Source: Dendrobates tinctorius
Taxonomy: Eukaryota
Assembly (NCBI RefSeq): GCF_039654945.1
Contig: NW_027361826.1
Location: 19,344,001-19,408,000, forward strand
Reading direction: 5' to 3'
DNA: 64,000 bases
Each line of letters starts with the position of its first letter. Within the stretch, counting starts at the first letter, position 1. Position numbers and translations under genes: made by a program. Under the pieces are notes generated by a model. It worked only from the letters and a program-made list of their open reading frames with translations. It ran no database searches and was not told the DNA's origin. Positions 35,810 through 48,255 of the stretch are shown piece by piece.

Positions 35810-37606
35810 ACTAATCAGCAGGGTTATACCGGGGTGCGGGGAGCTAATGGGGGGGTATATTACTAATCAGCAGGGTTATACCGGGGTGCGGGGAGCTAAT
35901 GGGGGGGTATATTACTAATCAGCAGGGTTATACCGGGGTGCGGGGAGCTAATGGGGGGGTATATTACTAATCAGCAGGGTTATACCGGGGTGCGGGGAGC
36001 TAATGGGGGGGTATATTACTAATCAGCAGGGTTATACCGGGGTCCGGGGAGCTAATGGGGGTATATTACTAATCAGCAGGGTTATACCGGGGTCCGGGGA
36101 GCTAATGGGGGTATATTACTAATCAGCAGGGTTATACCGGGGTCCGGGGAGCTAATGGGGGTATATTACTAATCAGCAGGGTTATACCGGGGTCCGGGGA
36201 GCTAATGGGGATATATTACTAATCAGCAGGGTTATACCGGGGTGCGGGGAGCTAATGGGGGTATATTACTAATCAGCAGGGTTATACCGGGGTGCGGGGA
36301 GCTAATAGGGGTATATTACTAATCAGCAGGGTTATACCGGGGTGCGGGGAGCTAATGGGGGTATATTACTAATCAGCAGGGTTATACCGGGGTCCGGGGA
36401 GCTAATGGGGATATATTACTAATCAGCAGGGTTATACCGGGGTGCGGGGAGCTAATGGGGGTATATTACTAATCAGCAGGGTTATACCGGGGTGCGGGGA
36501 GCTAATAGGGGTATATTACTAATCAGCAGGGTTATACCGGGGTCCGGGGAGCTAATGGGGGTATATTACTAATCAGCAGGGTTATACCGGGGTCCGGGGA
36601 GCTAATGGGGATATATTACTAATCAGCAGGGTTATACCGGGGTGCGGGGAGCTAATGGGGGTATATTACTAATCAGCAGGGTTATACCGGGGTCCGGGGA
36701 GCTAATGGGGGGGTATATTACTAATCAGCAGGGTTATACCGGGGTCCGGGGAGCTAATAGGGGTATATTACTAATCAGCAGGGTTATACCGGGGTCCGGG
36801 GAGCTAATGGGGGTATATTACTAATCAGCAGGGTTATACCGGGGTCCGGGGAGCTAATGGGGGTATATTACTAATCAGCAGGGTTATACCGGGGTGCGGG
36901 GAGCTAATGGGGGTATATTACTAATCAGCAGGGTTATACCGGGGTCCGGGGAGCTAATGGGGATATATTACTAATCAGCAGGGTTATACCGGGGTCCGGG
37001 GAGCTAATGGGGGTATATTACTAATCAGCAGGGTTATACCGGGGTCCGGGGAGCTAATGGGGGTATATTACTAATCAGCAGGGTTATACCGGGGTCCGAG
37101 GAGCTAATAGGGGTATATTACTAATCAGCAGGGTTATACCGGGGTCCGGGGAGCTAATGGGGGTATATTACTAATCAGCAGGGTTATACCGGGGTCCGGG
37201 GAGCTAATGGGGGTATATTACTAATCAGCAGGGTTATACCGGGGTCCGGGGAGCTAATGGGGGGGTATATTACTAATCAGCAGGGTTATACCGGGGTCCG
37301 GGGAGCTAATGGGGGTATATTACTAATCAGCAGGGTTATACCGGGGTGCGGGGAGCTAATGGGGGTATATTACTAATCAGCAGGGTTATACCGGGGTCCG
37401 GGGAGCTAATGGGGATATATTACTAATCAGCAGGGTTATACCGGGGTCCGGGGAGCTAATGGGGGTATATTACTAATCAGCAGGGTTATACCGGGGTCCG
37501 GGGAGCTAATAGGGGTATATTAATCAGCAGGGTTATACCGGGGTCCGGGGAGCTAATAGGAGTATATTACTAACCAGCAGGGTTATACCGGGGTCCGGGG
37601 AGCTAA
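35810..37606. repeat. ~50-bp (50-52) G-rich minisatellite, about 36 copies, in PFKFB4 intron 1
   Basis: Unit ctaatcagcagggttataccggggt(c/g)cggggagctaat(g/a)ggggtatatta. Confidence 0.97.
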
Positions 37607-39391
37607 GTGCCAAGCTCTATATTTGGGGCCTTTCCCCACAGAATGAACCCAGCGTGCCGATCCTCCAGGATGCCTCCCCTTTTCCTGTAGTGATGAGTGT
37701 GCACATAGGTGGCGATTTGGTTGCGAGATACCGTGTGACATAATGTTGCAATAAGGCGGCAGAGATCAGATGTCTTTTCTCTCTTTTTTTGCTATTTTTT
37801 TGAAAAATAATCCTCATTCTTTTTTGCTACTTCTAAATATGTTCAGGTTCGCTGTAGTTGGATATTCACAGATTTTGGATTCGCTCCTATTTGCGATTAA
37901 ATCGGACGAATGAGATTGCATTCATACAATTTTTAATCCTATCCTTCTGGTCTCGGATTTTTTTTTTTTTTTTTTTTTTTTCTTCCCTGCTGTGCTCAGA
38001 TAGGAAAGAAAAAATCACAGCATGCTGCTACTGCCTGCTGAATTTGGATCCCATATAAGTCTATGGGTGCGTGTGAAACATTGCACTGCACTTGGATGTC
38101 ACCTGAGTGCAGTGCGATTGCCGCCGGCAGCAGAGGAGATGGAGAAATTAAGAGAGGATCAGAGCACTGACGCTCTGAGTGATCACACTCGCAGCAGAGC
38201 TGGTGTCGAGTGTCATTAGCATCTAGCATCAGATGTGATAGTAGTGAGTCCTCCGGCCTTACAGTTGTGTTCAGTGACGCTTCCTCAGGCCATGTAAAAC
38301 ATGTCTTGCTGTTCCTGCAGACCCAAGGCAGATACATGGGCTGTGCTACATGATCGTAGGTGGCCTGGCATCTCCTAAACTACTGCAGCTTTAGTCTAGT
38401 CTAATGCCCCCCTATGCCCAATAGATAGCTGTCGACTGAATGATGCTTTGGTAGCCAGCTATGTCTCCTGACCCCTCCATACACCGGAGCGCTGCTGTCC
38501 TATCTTGACAGAGCTGCTGCCAGAGAATCCTTCTCCCACCTTGACATCATCTGTCGGGAGAATCGGGAAGCCCCCATGCACGTTACTGTCGGCCTATTTC
38601 ACCAATATCAGTGGGTTTTGATGGAGACCCTAAATGTCTACAGGTCAATATTAAATATTTTTTAATCCGCCCCCCTTCTAGAGATCTTGGGGTGCTCATG
38701 GGACCACAAACTGGTGACCTAGAGCAGACAGTTGTTCTCTTGGCAGAACTATTGGTCACTGCTCTGAAGGACAGCATACACATGAGTTTAAAGCTTTCCA
38801 GACTTGCTGACCGTCTGATGTGTATGGAGGCCTCCTGACACTGGTGGTTGATCCTCTTGTGCTCAGGAGATAGAGGTGGAGGAGAGGTGTCTGGCAGTGG
38901 CAACTTCCTCTCCCCCTATGGAATACACATGAATGCTGGGCCAAGCACCCATCGGGAGTTTTGGTTGAATACTCGTTGGGCCGTCCGGGAATTGCCAGCG
39001 CCAAGGCCCTTACCTGTCAGAACTGCCACCATTTGTTTTATCATATGGTGTTGAATGCAATTTTCCTTAGTGGAAAAACCACTCCTGATGGCAGTCACCC
39101 AGTTGGATCTATACCGGCAAGGTTGAATGAAGGCAGTCTTGCTTAGTGACATCTGGCTCTTGCGAATAGGGTGCACACCATGCTTAACTACTGGGCACAT
39201 GCAGATTTTTATGGAAGAACCCTGGCTGTTTGGAATATGCCATTGTCATGTAAGCCTATGTGTACACTGTTTTTTCTAGGAGTTTTTGGAGCCAAAACTG
39301 TGTGTAAACCCTCCACATTTCAGCTCCTCAAACTTTGCATTTCTGCTCCAAAAAACTCTGTGTGCACACAGCCCAATATCTGTGGCTTTAA

Positions 39392-39580
<189 letters not shown>

Positions 39581-40462
39581 TGAGCGTGAATGAAGTCCCC
39601 CCCATGCACAGTAATGGTGGCCGACCATCTAAAGTTTAACCGGGGGGCTCCCAATTCTTCTTCAGTTTATGATGTCTGAAAGAGAACCATGGGTCATTTT
39701 TCTAATAAACGCCCGCTCTATTAATTTTCCTCGTACAGAACACATGCACGCTCACCTGAGGGTGCATGTACATCATGTCGGGAAAGAATGCTGATGGCCA
39801 AACAAATGTTCGTAAAGCCCCTAATTAGAATGATGCATAGGAGGATCTTTCATTTTAAGGCCAATAAACCAGTTAATATAATATGAAGGCAATTTGGAGA
39901 GCCTGACTTCCCATTTGTCAGCAACTTGCTATTTTCTTTGCTTCACTAAATTGGCTTTTGAAGAGTCTGGACTCTGCTGTCATGATGAATGCAATGAGCG
40001 TGCAGGACGCTGCCGTGCCCTGGGGCTCGTGTGCCAGGATTGATTGCTATCGACAGCTCCGGTTTTTTGTTTCTCGAGGGCCCTGACTGTTGTTTTTTTT
40101 TTTTTTTTTTTTTTGCGCTTCCTTTTTGCGTTTGCATATATGCTGACTTGCAATAAAGGAGTTCAGCCCTGCACTTTCCTGGGACAAAGTCAGACGGCAT
40201 CCAGCCAGTGTACTCCACCATATAGGAGAGCAGCTGTCCAGTGCCGGACCCCATAGGGCTTTCATATGTGGGTCATTAGCGTGCCATGCAGAACAGGTCT
40301 TCATAATGGACCTTCCTGCTATGACTGCATGTGACCCACAGCTCGTCTCCGTAAAACTAGGACCTTGCTGGAGTGGCCTCTGATCCCAGACCAAGCGCCA
40401 TTCATTGGGGGCGTTGCCTATGGGTTTATTAAGAGACCCATTATTTTTCATGTATTAAATGA

Positions 40463-40603
<141 letters not shown>

Positions 40604-40766
40604 TGAGTACATTTTTGTTTGCCAACATAATCATATTTAATTGTTCATACAGTGAAATCATAAATGTCTGTTTAATGTTGTAATATACTTTAATGAAAAA
40701 GTCCCTATCTTTCCCTCTCTGTCAACAGTAAAACATATAAATGTCCTACTTGATAGCTTTGTTTCA

Positions 40767-41295
40767 GAATCCCAGTGCATGCTGCATTACTCAAAGGCGT
40801 CATCATCAGGGGGTAGAGGTTACAGTCAGTGTCGCGGCTTCTGTCCCCACCCTGTAACGAAGTGTCATCAGTGACCCCTGTTTCAGGGGCTGGGCTAGAC
40901 CCTGCTCTTCTGAGCATGCATTGGTTGTCGATTCCAATGTTTGCTCAGTAAGATCTTGTCTCTGTGCAATATGCACAGTGACAGTGCACCCCCTCACCGG
41001 GTCTTATCAGAAGTGACTCACCAACAAGAGAGTGCACTGTCAATACGGATTGTGAGGAGAGAATTAGCAAGCATAGACCAATCCCTCTCCTCGCAAGTGA
41101 AATCACTTCAGAACTGTGAGGGAGCGCACTGTCACTATATACTGAGAAGAATATTGCACAGTGACAAGATCGTACTGAGCATACGTTAGAATTGACAATT
41201 GACGCATGCTCAGTAGAACAGGGACTAGCCTAGTCCTTGAAATGGACATCACTGATGACAACTCACTTGAGTATCTCAGCATGTACTGGGATTCT
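40767..41295. mobile_element. Degenerate palindromic MITE in intron 3
   Basis: Inverted pairs gaatcccagtgcatgctg / cagcatgtactgggattc and tgctcagtaagatcttgtc / gacaagatcgtactgagca. Confidence 0.6.
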
Positions 41296-42259
41296 CATAT
41301 AAAGTCTCATCATATAGGAAGTATTGTAAAAAATAAATCAGTTAGGTGGTGTAGTGAGGGAGGGATAGGGAATGTTCAAATAAAGTATATTAGAAAATAA
41401 GTAGATTATGACAATTAGGATTAAAAATAAATTTTGTGAAGGTGTTAGAATTCTGGCATAAATCTGCTTCAAATTTCTCAAAATTTTTGCTCGATTGTAT
41501 CGACTTTTGCTGTATTCACACCAGTCCCAGCCAGCTTCTCCTACCTAGCAGCTGCAGTCAGGCACGGCTAATCTCTCCTCTGTGATTCATCAAAATTTCC
41601 GCCACTTAGGTGCAATTAGCTGAATGCTCCCCGGCTTTATGCTAATGCTCAGTGCAGCGTATTTAACCCATTAATGCTCCATGATTACTGTTGAGAGTGA
41701 GCGTTACTTGGTGCACCATGACCGATTTTTATATCATGTCCGACTTGTCAGTGGCAGGAGCACGGCTCACACAGTCGGGTTTCTGTAACTTTTGATGTCC
41801 TGGTCATCGGCTACAGATTAGATCCTATAATCCAGTACGTTCTGACTTGGAGAGACTAATAAGATGATTTCTCATCGGTGTCATTAGGGGACACAGAGGC
41901 TGTACCTCGTAGCTCCACTAGGGGGCGGACGCTAAGTGTTTGCAAGGCCCTATTCTACTCACTGGTGCAGCTTTTATCTAATTGTTTGGGTGACTTAGGA
42001 AACATTGCTTTGTATGAAGTTGCTGGACCTTAAGCCAGAGGATGCCAGAAATGTGTTCTCCCGAAGACTCGAGCCCCCTGTGCTGTGACCTAGATTCCAG
42101 ACAAAGCCGCCTCTGTTCTATTTCCGGGACCCTCTACTTACCAAGTCTGCCCCCGTCTGTTGGCAATGCACTCACTATTTTATATGCAGGTCATCTGTGT
42201 GTATGCACGTTTTATTATGTTTTTTTCTTTTTTTTTTTTTTTTTTTAAATCCTCCACAG

Positions 42260-42326
42260 ACAATGTGCCTTACTGGCTTTAAACGATGTGAAGAAATATC
42301 TGGCAGACGAAGGTGGACATGTAGCC
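42260..42326 (+). CDS. PFKFB4: PFKFB4 exon 4
   Basis: ccacag| QCALLALNDVKKYLADEGGHVA |gtaagt, 67 nt. Confidence 0.95.
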
Positions 42327-43791
42327 GTAAGTATTTATGCATGTCATGGCAGGTTTTTTATTTTTGCATCTTTGAATTTAATGTAAAGATGAGAACATGG
42401 CAGGTAAGTGATGTGAGTGAAGAGTGTGCGAGCCATCATATGAAGTAATGACTTGTCGCCAGGATATCCCACTGGTTGGGATCTTCTGGATAAAGAAGCT
42501 GCAGCAATGACCTAAAGCTATGATGTAGCGCCATTCACATCATGCAGCCAGAAACATAGCTCCATATGAGGGCTGCAGGAGGGCTTACTCTGTCGCCTCA
42601 TTGGGGGACACAGAACCATGGGTGTTATGCTGCTGTCCACTAGGAGGCAACACTATGCATAATCTGAAAAAGATTAACTTTGGCTACTCCTCTGCAGTAT
42701 ACACCCCTGGACGGCGTCAGCCTTCTCCAGTTTTTGCTTAGTGTCGCATAGGAGGCACACCTAAAAAAAAATTTTCACTCTGTTTTTTCTTTTCCGGATG
42801 ACAGATGAAGAAAAGTGGGTCTCCTGTGAGACTCCCGGCATGGCTCCTTCCTCGGACCCCTATTATGGGGTGCCCGGTTGAAGTTGAGATGGCTGTTCCC
42901 CATTTCGCTCCTTCCCCAGTCCTGCGGGTGCTGGTTTGAAGTCGAGACCTCCCTCCTTCCCCAATTCCTTTTGGTCTTGGGTTGAGGTTGAGGCGAGGAA
43001 GAAGCCCCCTGATGGTGACAGCAGCACCCTCCCTAATCCCCCTCTGGGGGAATTAGGTTGAGACGCCTCAGGTATTGTCTGTACCACAGCAATCTGCAGC
43101 TCACAGTATCCAGGGATCCCAGCCCAGCTGCGGGCTCCTGTCGGGGCTGGGGGGGGAGTGCGGGCAGGCATGGCACATACAGACACAGGGCTCCCTGCGC
43201 CCCTGTCTCTGCGGCAGCACCAGCTCCATAGCGCCTCAGGGGGACCCATCACAGTGCCCCACTTCCGATTGTGGCCCCACCGCTATCCTGCCTTTCAATC
43301 CGAGGGGGTCCGGTTCAGATCTGACCCCCCTCCCGGACTTCCGCGCCGGCCTGGAGCCCTTTCTGGGCATCGGTAACTAATTTAGGCCACGGCTTCGGCC
43401 TAGCTGAGGTCGCCGCCTCCTCTCCGCCCCCGGATGAAAAATATGACACTCTACGGTGTCATAGAAGGGGCGGATCGAGACAGGGCACGTTTTTACACAT
43501 CTATGCGTGCTCTTTCTCAGCTCTCCGCCCCCTTCTTCTCCCTCCTCATCCTCTCGGCGGCCACTTCTGCTGCAGGCATCAGCAGCACCACACCAGCCAG
43601 TCTCCGTAGGGCACAGAACTGTGGATCTTCGGTGCTGGACCCAGGGGCACGCTGGTGGGGTAAGATCACAGCTTGGGTTTTTTACTCAGCTGTGAATCCA
43701 GATTCCCTGTAAGGCACTCCTATAGGTCTTTCCCTGCATAGCCACCCCTGTAGGGCCCTCTCATAGCCAGCCCTTCCGCACTCTGTGCACT

Positions 43792-45325
43792 ATGCCGGGC
43801 TCAAGGTCCAAGAGAACCAGGCAGGACTGCTTTTATGCACTCTCCCCAGTGGCAGCACGTACCCGCACTGTCGGGACTGTATCCAGAATACTGGGTCAGA
43901 ACCCCAAGAGGCTCCTACCAATGCTTCTGTGGCTGCTACCACGCCGGAATGGGCTACCCAGATGTCGCAGTCTATGATGCAGTCCATAGATAACCTAACC
44001 TCCACATTGCTCCAGGCTCTGCATTGTCATGTCTCGGCTATGAGCGTTACCCAGCAAAGGGACAGCTCCACTCAGGGACAGGCCGTTTCTGGCTCTCCCA
44101 GACGTAAGCGCACCCACACGTCGCCTTCCTCTGCGTCATCCCATAGCACACGGTCATCCCCCTCTAGGAAGAGACATCGTAGTTCCAGGTCACCTAGACC
44201 GTCCCCTACCAGAGACAGACAACGCAGATCTCCACAGCGATCCCCGACGACAGAAGGCCTTTGCCCCAGCTCGCCCACCAGGGAACGCCTCAGCGATACG
44301 CAGGATTCGGAAGGCATCTGTGACTCCGACTCAGACAACGAAACGGTCTCTGGTCCCTTGTCCCCCTAGCAATACAGCACTAATTGAGGACATAATATCT
44401 TCCATCCATCAGGTGCTGGACATTTCCGATCCAACCCCGGAAGCCCCAGAACACAAGATTTGCTTTGAAGGTGTTCTGAAACCACCTAAGGTCCTCTCTA
44501 ACCACCCGGAATTTCAGGCGATCCTTACTAAGCAGTTTTTGCAGCCTGAGAAGAAATTCACCAATTCCAAATATTTGGAGGCTAGGTACCCCTTCCCACA
44601 AAAGGACACCAAGGAGTGGACAGATCCGCCTGAAGTGGACCGCCCAGTCTCTAGGCTAGCAGCACAGACCCTCCTATCACTGCCAGATAGCTCAACCCTC
44701 AGGGACGCTGTAGAACGCATGGCTTGTTCAGTTTTCGAAGCGGCAGGGGCCTCCCTGGCTCCCTCGTTCGCTTCAGTATGGGCGGCCAAGGCCATTCTGG
44801 CTTGGGCCAAAAAATTGCAAACTGGCCTCCAAGCTTCAAACCCTGAGCTGTCGGACCAAGCCGTTCAAATAGCAGTGGTAGCAGATTACATTCTTCATGC
44901 AGCCCTGGATTCCGCAAGAGGTGTAGCGGGATAGCATCAAACGCCATCACGATTCGGCGTATCCTCTGGCTGCGGGAATGGAAAGCGGATGCGGCCTCAA
45001 AGAAGTCCCTCACGCATCTCCCGTACCTCAGTGGACGGCTTTTCGGTGAAAAGTTGGACACAATGATATCCAATGCCACTGGGGGTAAGAGTACCTATCT
45101 CCCTCAACTAAAACCTAAACGCACGTTCAAACGGCGTAACCAAACACGATTCCGATCCTTTCGGAATTCTTCGACTGGTCTGCCTTGCGTCCAGCACAAA
45201 ATCGTAACCGCTCTCCACGCAGGGACAACCCATGGGCAGCGCAGAGGCCAGACAGGAACTGGCAGTAGAGAACAGGCCAGGTGAAGCCCAAAGGAGGAAA
45301 ACCTCAGAATTTCTCCTCATCATGA
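43792..45325 (+). pseudogene. DIRS-A Gag-like ORF1, frameshifted
   Basis: Motifs YPHCRDC, W.DPPEVD.PVSRL, RRILWLREW and ATGGKS. Homologous to 62239-63806. Confidence 0.8.
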
Positions 45326-45329
45326 CTCA

Positions 45330-47235
45330 CGAACTCCGGAAGACACCCCACCCGTAGGCGGACGACTTCTACTCTTTCAGCAAGTCTGGCTGCCTATTAC
45401 AGAAGACAGGTGGGTTAGGGAAATAGTGTCTTCCGGATACAAGATAGAGTTCACTTCCAGTCCACCGAACCGGTTCTTCCTCTCTGTTCCTCCTCTCTGT
45501 TCCACCAAAACCGCCAGAAAAGGCTCATGCTTTCCACCAAGCGGTTTCCTCTCTCTTTCAAGCAGGATTCGTAGTACCGGTTCCCTCGGCCGAACGTTTC
45601 CAAGGGTTCTACTCCAATCTATTCGTAGTCCCCAAGAAAGGAGGCAGCGTCCGGCCCATACTAGACCTAAAACAACTCAACAAGTATGTACGAGTTCGTC
45701 ATTTTCGCATGGAGTCCCTTCGGTCCATCATTGCGTCCATGGAGCAAGGACAATATCTCGCCTCCATAGACATACAGGACACATACCTGCATATACCGAT
45801 TGCTCCCACCCATCAGATATTTCTCAGGTTCGCAATCGACCAGGACCACTACCAGTTCGTGGCTCTCCCGTTCGGACTCGTCACGGCTCCCAGAACATTT
45901 ACCAAGGTCATGGCTGCCACCATGGACATTCTACACTCCAGAGGCAGAGTAGTCATTCCATACCTGGACGACCTTCTCATCAAGGCTTCCACCTTCAAGG
46001 ACTGCGAGGTCAGCGTCTCAATCACAATCGACACTCTGAGTCTCCTGGGCTGGTTAGTCAACTTACAAAAGTCATCGACTACCCCGAGTCAGTCTCTGAC
46101 CTTCCTGGGGATGTTATTCGACACCTCCAGGGGTCTGGTGCTCCTTCCCAGAGACAAGGCACTGGCTCTTCGTCTAGGAGTTCGCATACTCCGCCGCAAT
46201 CCCCCCGATCTCTACGGTTTGCCATGAGAGTCCTCGGCAGGATGGCAGCAGCAATGGAGGCAGTACCATTTGCCCAGTTTCACCTCAGGCTTCTTCAACT
46301 AGCCATCCTCAAGTCCTGGGACAGGAATCCTTTCTCCCTCGACAGGGAGTTCCGGCTAACATCGGCAATCAGGAGGTCCCTGCACTGGTGGCTCAAGCCA
46401 ACCTCACTGGCAATGGGAAAAGCCTTTCTCTCAGGTCAATGGAAGGACCTGACCACCGACGCGAGCCTGACAGGTTTGGGTGCGGTGCACCTACATCACA
46501 GGGCAAGTGGTCACCAGTGGAAGCGAACATGCCCATCAACGTCTTGGAAATTCGGGCCATCTTCCTGGCATTGAGAGCCTTTCGTCACTTACTGGCAGCC
46601 TCTCATATCAGAGTACAGTCGGACAATGCCACTGCAATGGCATATGTGAATGACCAAGGCGGGACCCGCAGTACCCAGGCGATGAGAGAAGTGGCACATA
46701 TCCTCCATTGGGCGGAAGACACGAGGTCGGTACTCCTCTGCGGTCCACATTCCGGGTGTGGACAACTGGGAAGCAGACTTCCTAAGCAGACAAGGGATGG
46801 ACTCGGGAGAGTGGTCTCTCCATCCCGAAATCTTTCAACAGATCTGCCATCGCTGGGGGACCCCGGACGTGGACCTAATGGCATCCCACCTCAATAGCCA
46901 AGGTCTCCAACTTCATGGCCAGGACACGCGATCTGAGGTCGCTCGCAGCAGATGCCCTGGTTCAGGACTAGACCCAGTTCCAGCTTCTTTACATCTTTCC
47001 ACCTCTCCCCATGATATCCAGAGTCGTGAGGAAGATCAAACACGAGGGAGTTCCAACCATCCTGATCGCGCCAGACTGGCCCAGACGTACATGGTACGCC
47101 GACGTCGTACACCTTACAGCAGACGTCCTCTGGCGTCTCCCCGACCGTCCCGATCTTCTGTCACAAGGCCCGTTCTACCACCAGAACTCAGGGGCTCTCA
47201 ATTTGATGGCGTGGCCCTTGAGACCTGGGTTCTAA
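45330..47235 (+). pseudogene. DIRS-A RT / RNase H / methyltransferase-like ORF, frameshifted
   Basis: Motifs ALPFGLVTAPRTFTK, YLDD, TTDAS, INVLE, SDNATA, DLMAS and APDWPRR. Confidence 0.88.
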
Positions 47236-48255
47236 CCCAGGCAGGACTCTCAACGGACGTCTTTAGAACCATGATCAGGGCATGGAAGCCAGCCTCCGCC
47301 AAGATTTATTACCGTATCTGGAGAGCTTTCTTCACCTGGTGCGAATCTCGCGGCCAGATTCCACTCCCTTTATTCCCTCCCAAAAGTCCTTGGCTTTCTC
47401 TAATCGGGCCTGGACTCCAGGCTATCCTTGGGCTCGCTTAAGAGCCAGGTGTCAGCGTTCTCAGTGCTATTTCAGAGGCGCATCGCTAACCAGCCGCAAG
47501 TAAGGACCTTTCTCCAGGGGGTTTCCCGATTGGTTCCCCCCTACAGACGTCCACTGGAAACGTGGGACCTCAACCTGGTCCTGACAGCATTGCCGGCACC
47601 TCCTTTCGAACCCCTTAAGGAAGTCCCTCTCCGCATTTTATCACAGAAGGTGGTTTTTCTGGTGGCAATCACCTCGCTTTGCAGGGTGTCTGAATTGTCA
47701 GCACTCTCCTGCAGACGGCCCTTCCTAGCCTTTCACCAGGACAAGGTGGTTCTCCGTACAGTCACATCCTTCCTTCCGAAGGTTGTGTCCAACTTCCACC
47801 TCAATGAGGAAATTTCACTGCCATCCCTTTGCCCGGTTCCAGTTCGTAGAGTGGAGAATGCTCTGCATACGCTTGAGCTCGTTAGGGCATTGCGTATATA
47901 CGTGTCTAGGACTGCACCCTTCCTGAAGTCTGATTCCCTTTTTTCCATCTTCCGGAAGGCGTTTTCAAGGGTTTGCCGACTTCCAAAGCTACCCTTGCCA
48001 GGTGGATCAAGTCCAACATACAAGAGGCTTACCGCGTCAACAATTCTCCTCATCCGGCCGGTATCACGGCACACTACGCGGGCGGTAGGGGCCTCCTGGG
48101 CCATTTGGCACCAGGCTTCGGCACAACAGGTGTGTAAGGCGGCCACTTGGACTAGCTTACACACGTTTACCAAACACTACAGAGTTCATACCCAGTCCTC
48201 AGCGGATGCGAGCCTGGGTAGACTGGTTCTGCAGGCGGCAGTGCCCCAAGTTTAG
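47200..48255 (+). pseudogene. DIRS-A tyrosine recombinase
   Basis: Motifs WDLNLVL, RVSELSAL, HTTR and ATWTS.HTF.KHY. Confidence 0.88.

Noticed and set aside
32597-37606. CRISPR-like arrays (34-bp and 50-bp periodicity)
   Set aside because: The units are contiguous with no unique spacers, there are no cas genes, and the context is vertebrate. They are minisatellites.
43005-43030. Hammerhead ribozyme core in the DIRS leader (ctgatgg / ctgacgg)
   Set aside because: It lacks the CUGANGA and GAAA core in the required arrangement.
45426-46574. Separate novel gene overlapping the DIRS RT (also 58664-59998)
   Set aside because: Long overlapping frames upstream of the YR are a known feature of DIRS elements, and these ORFs also switch into RT/RH or YR sequence at frameshifts.
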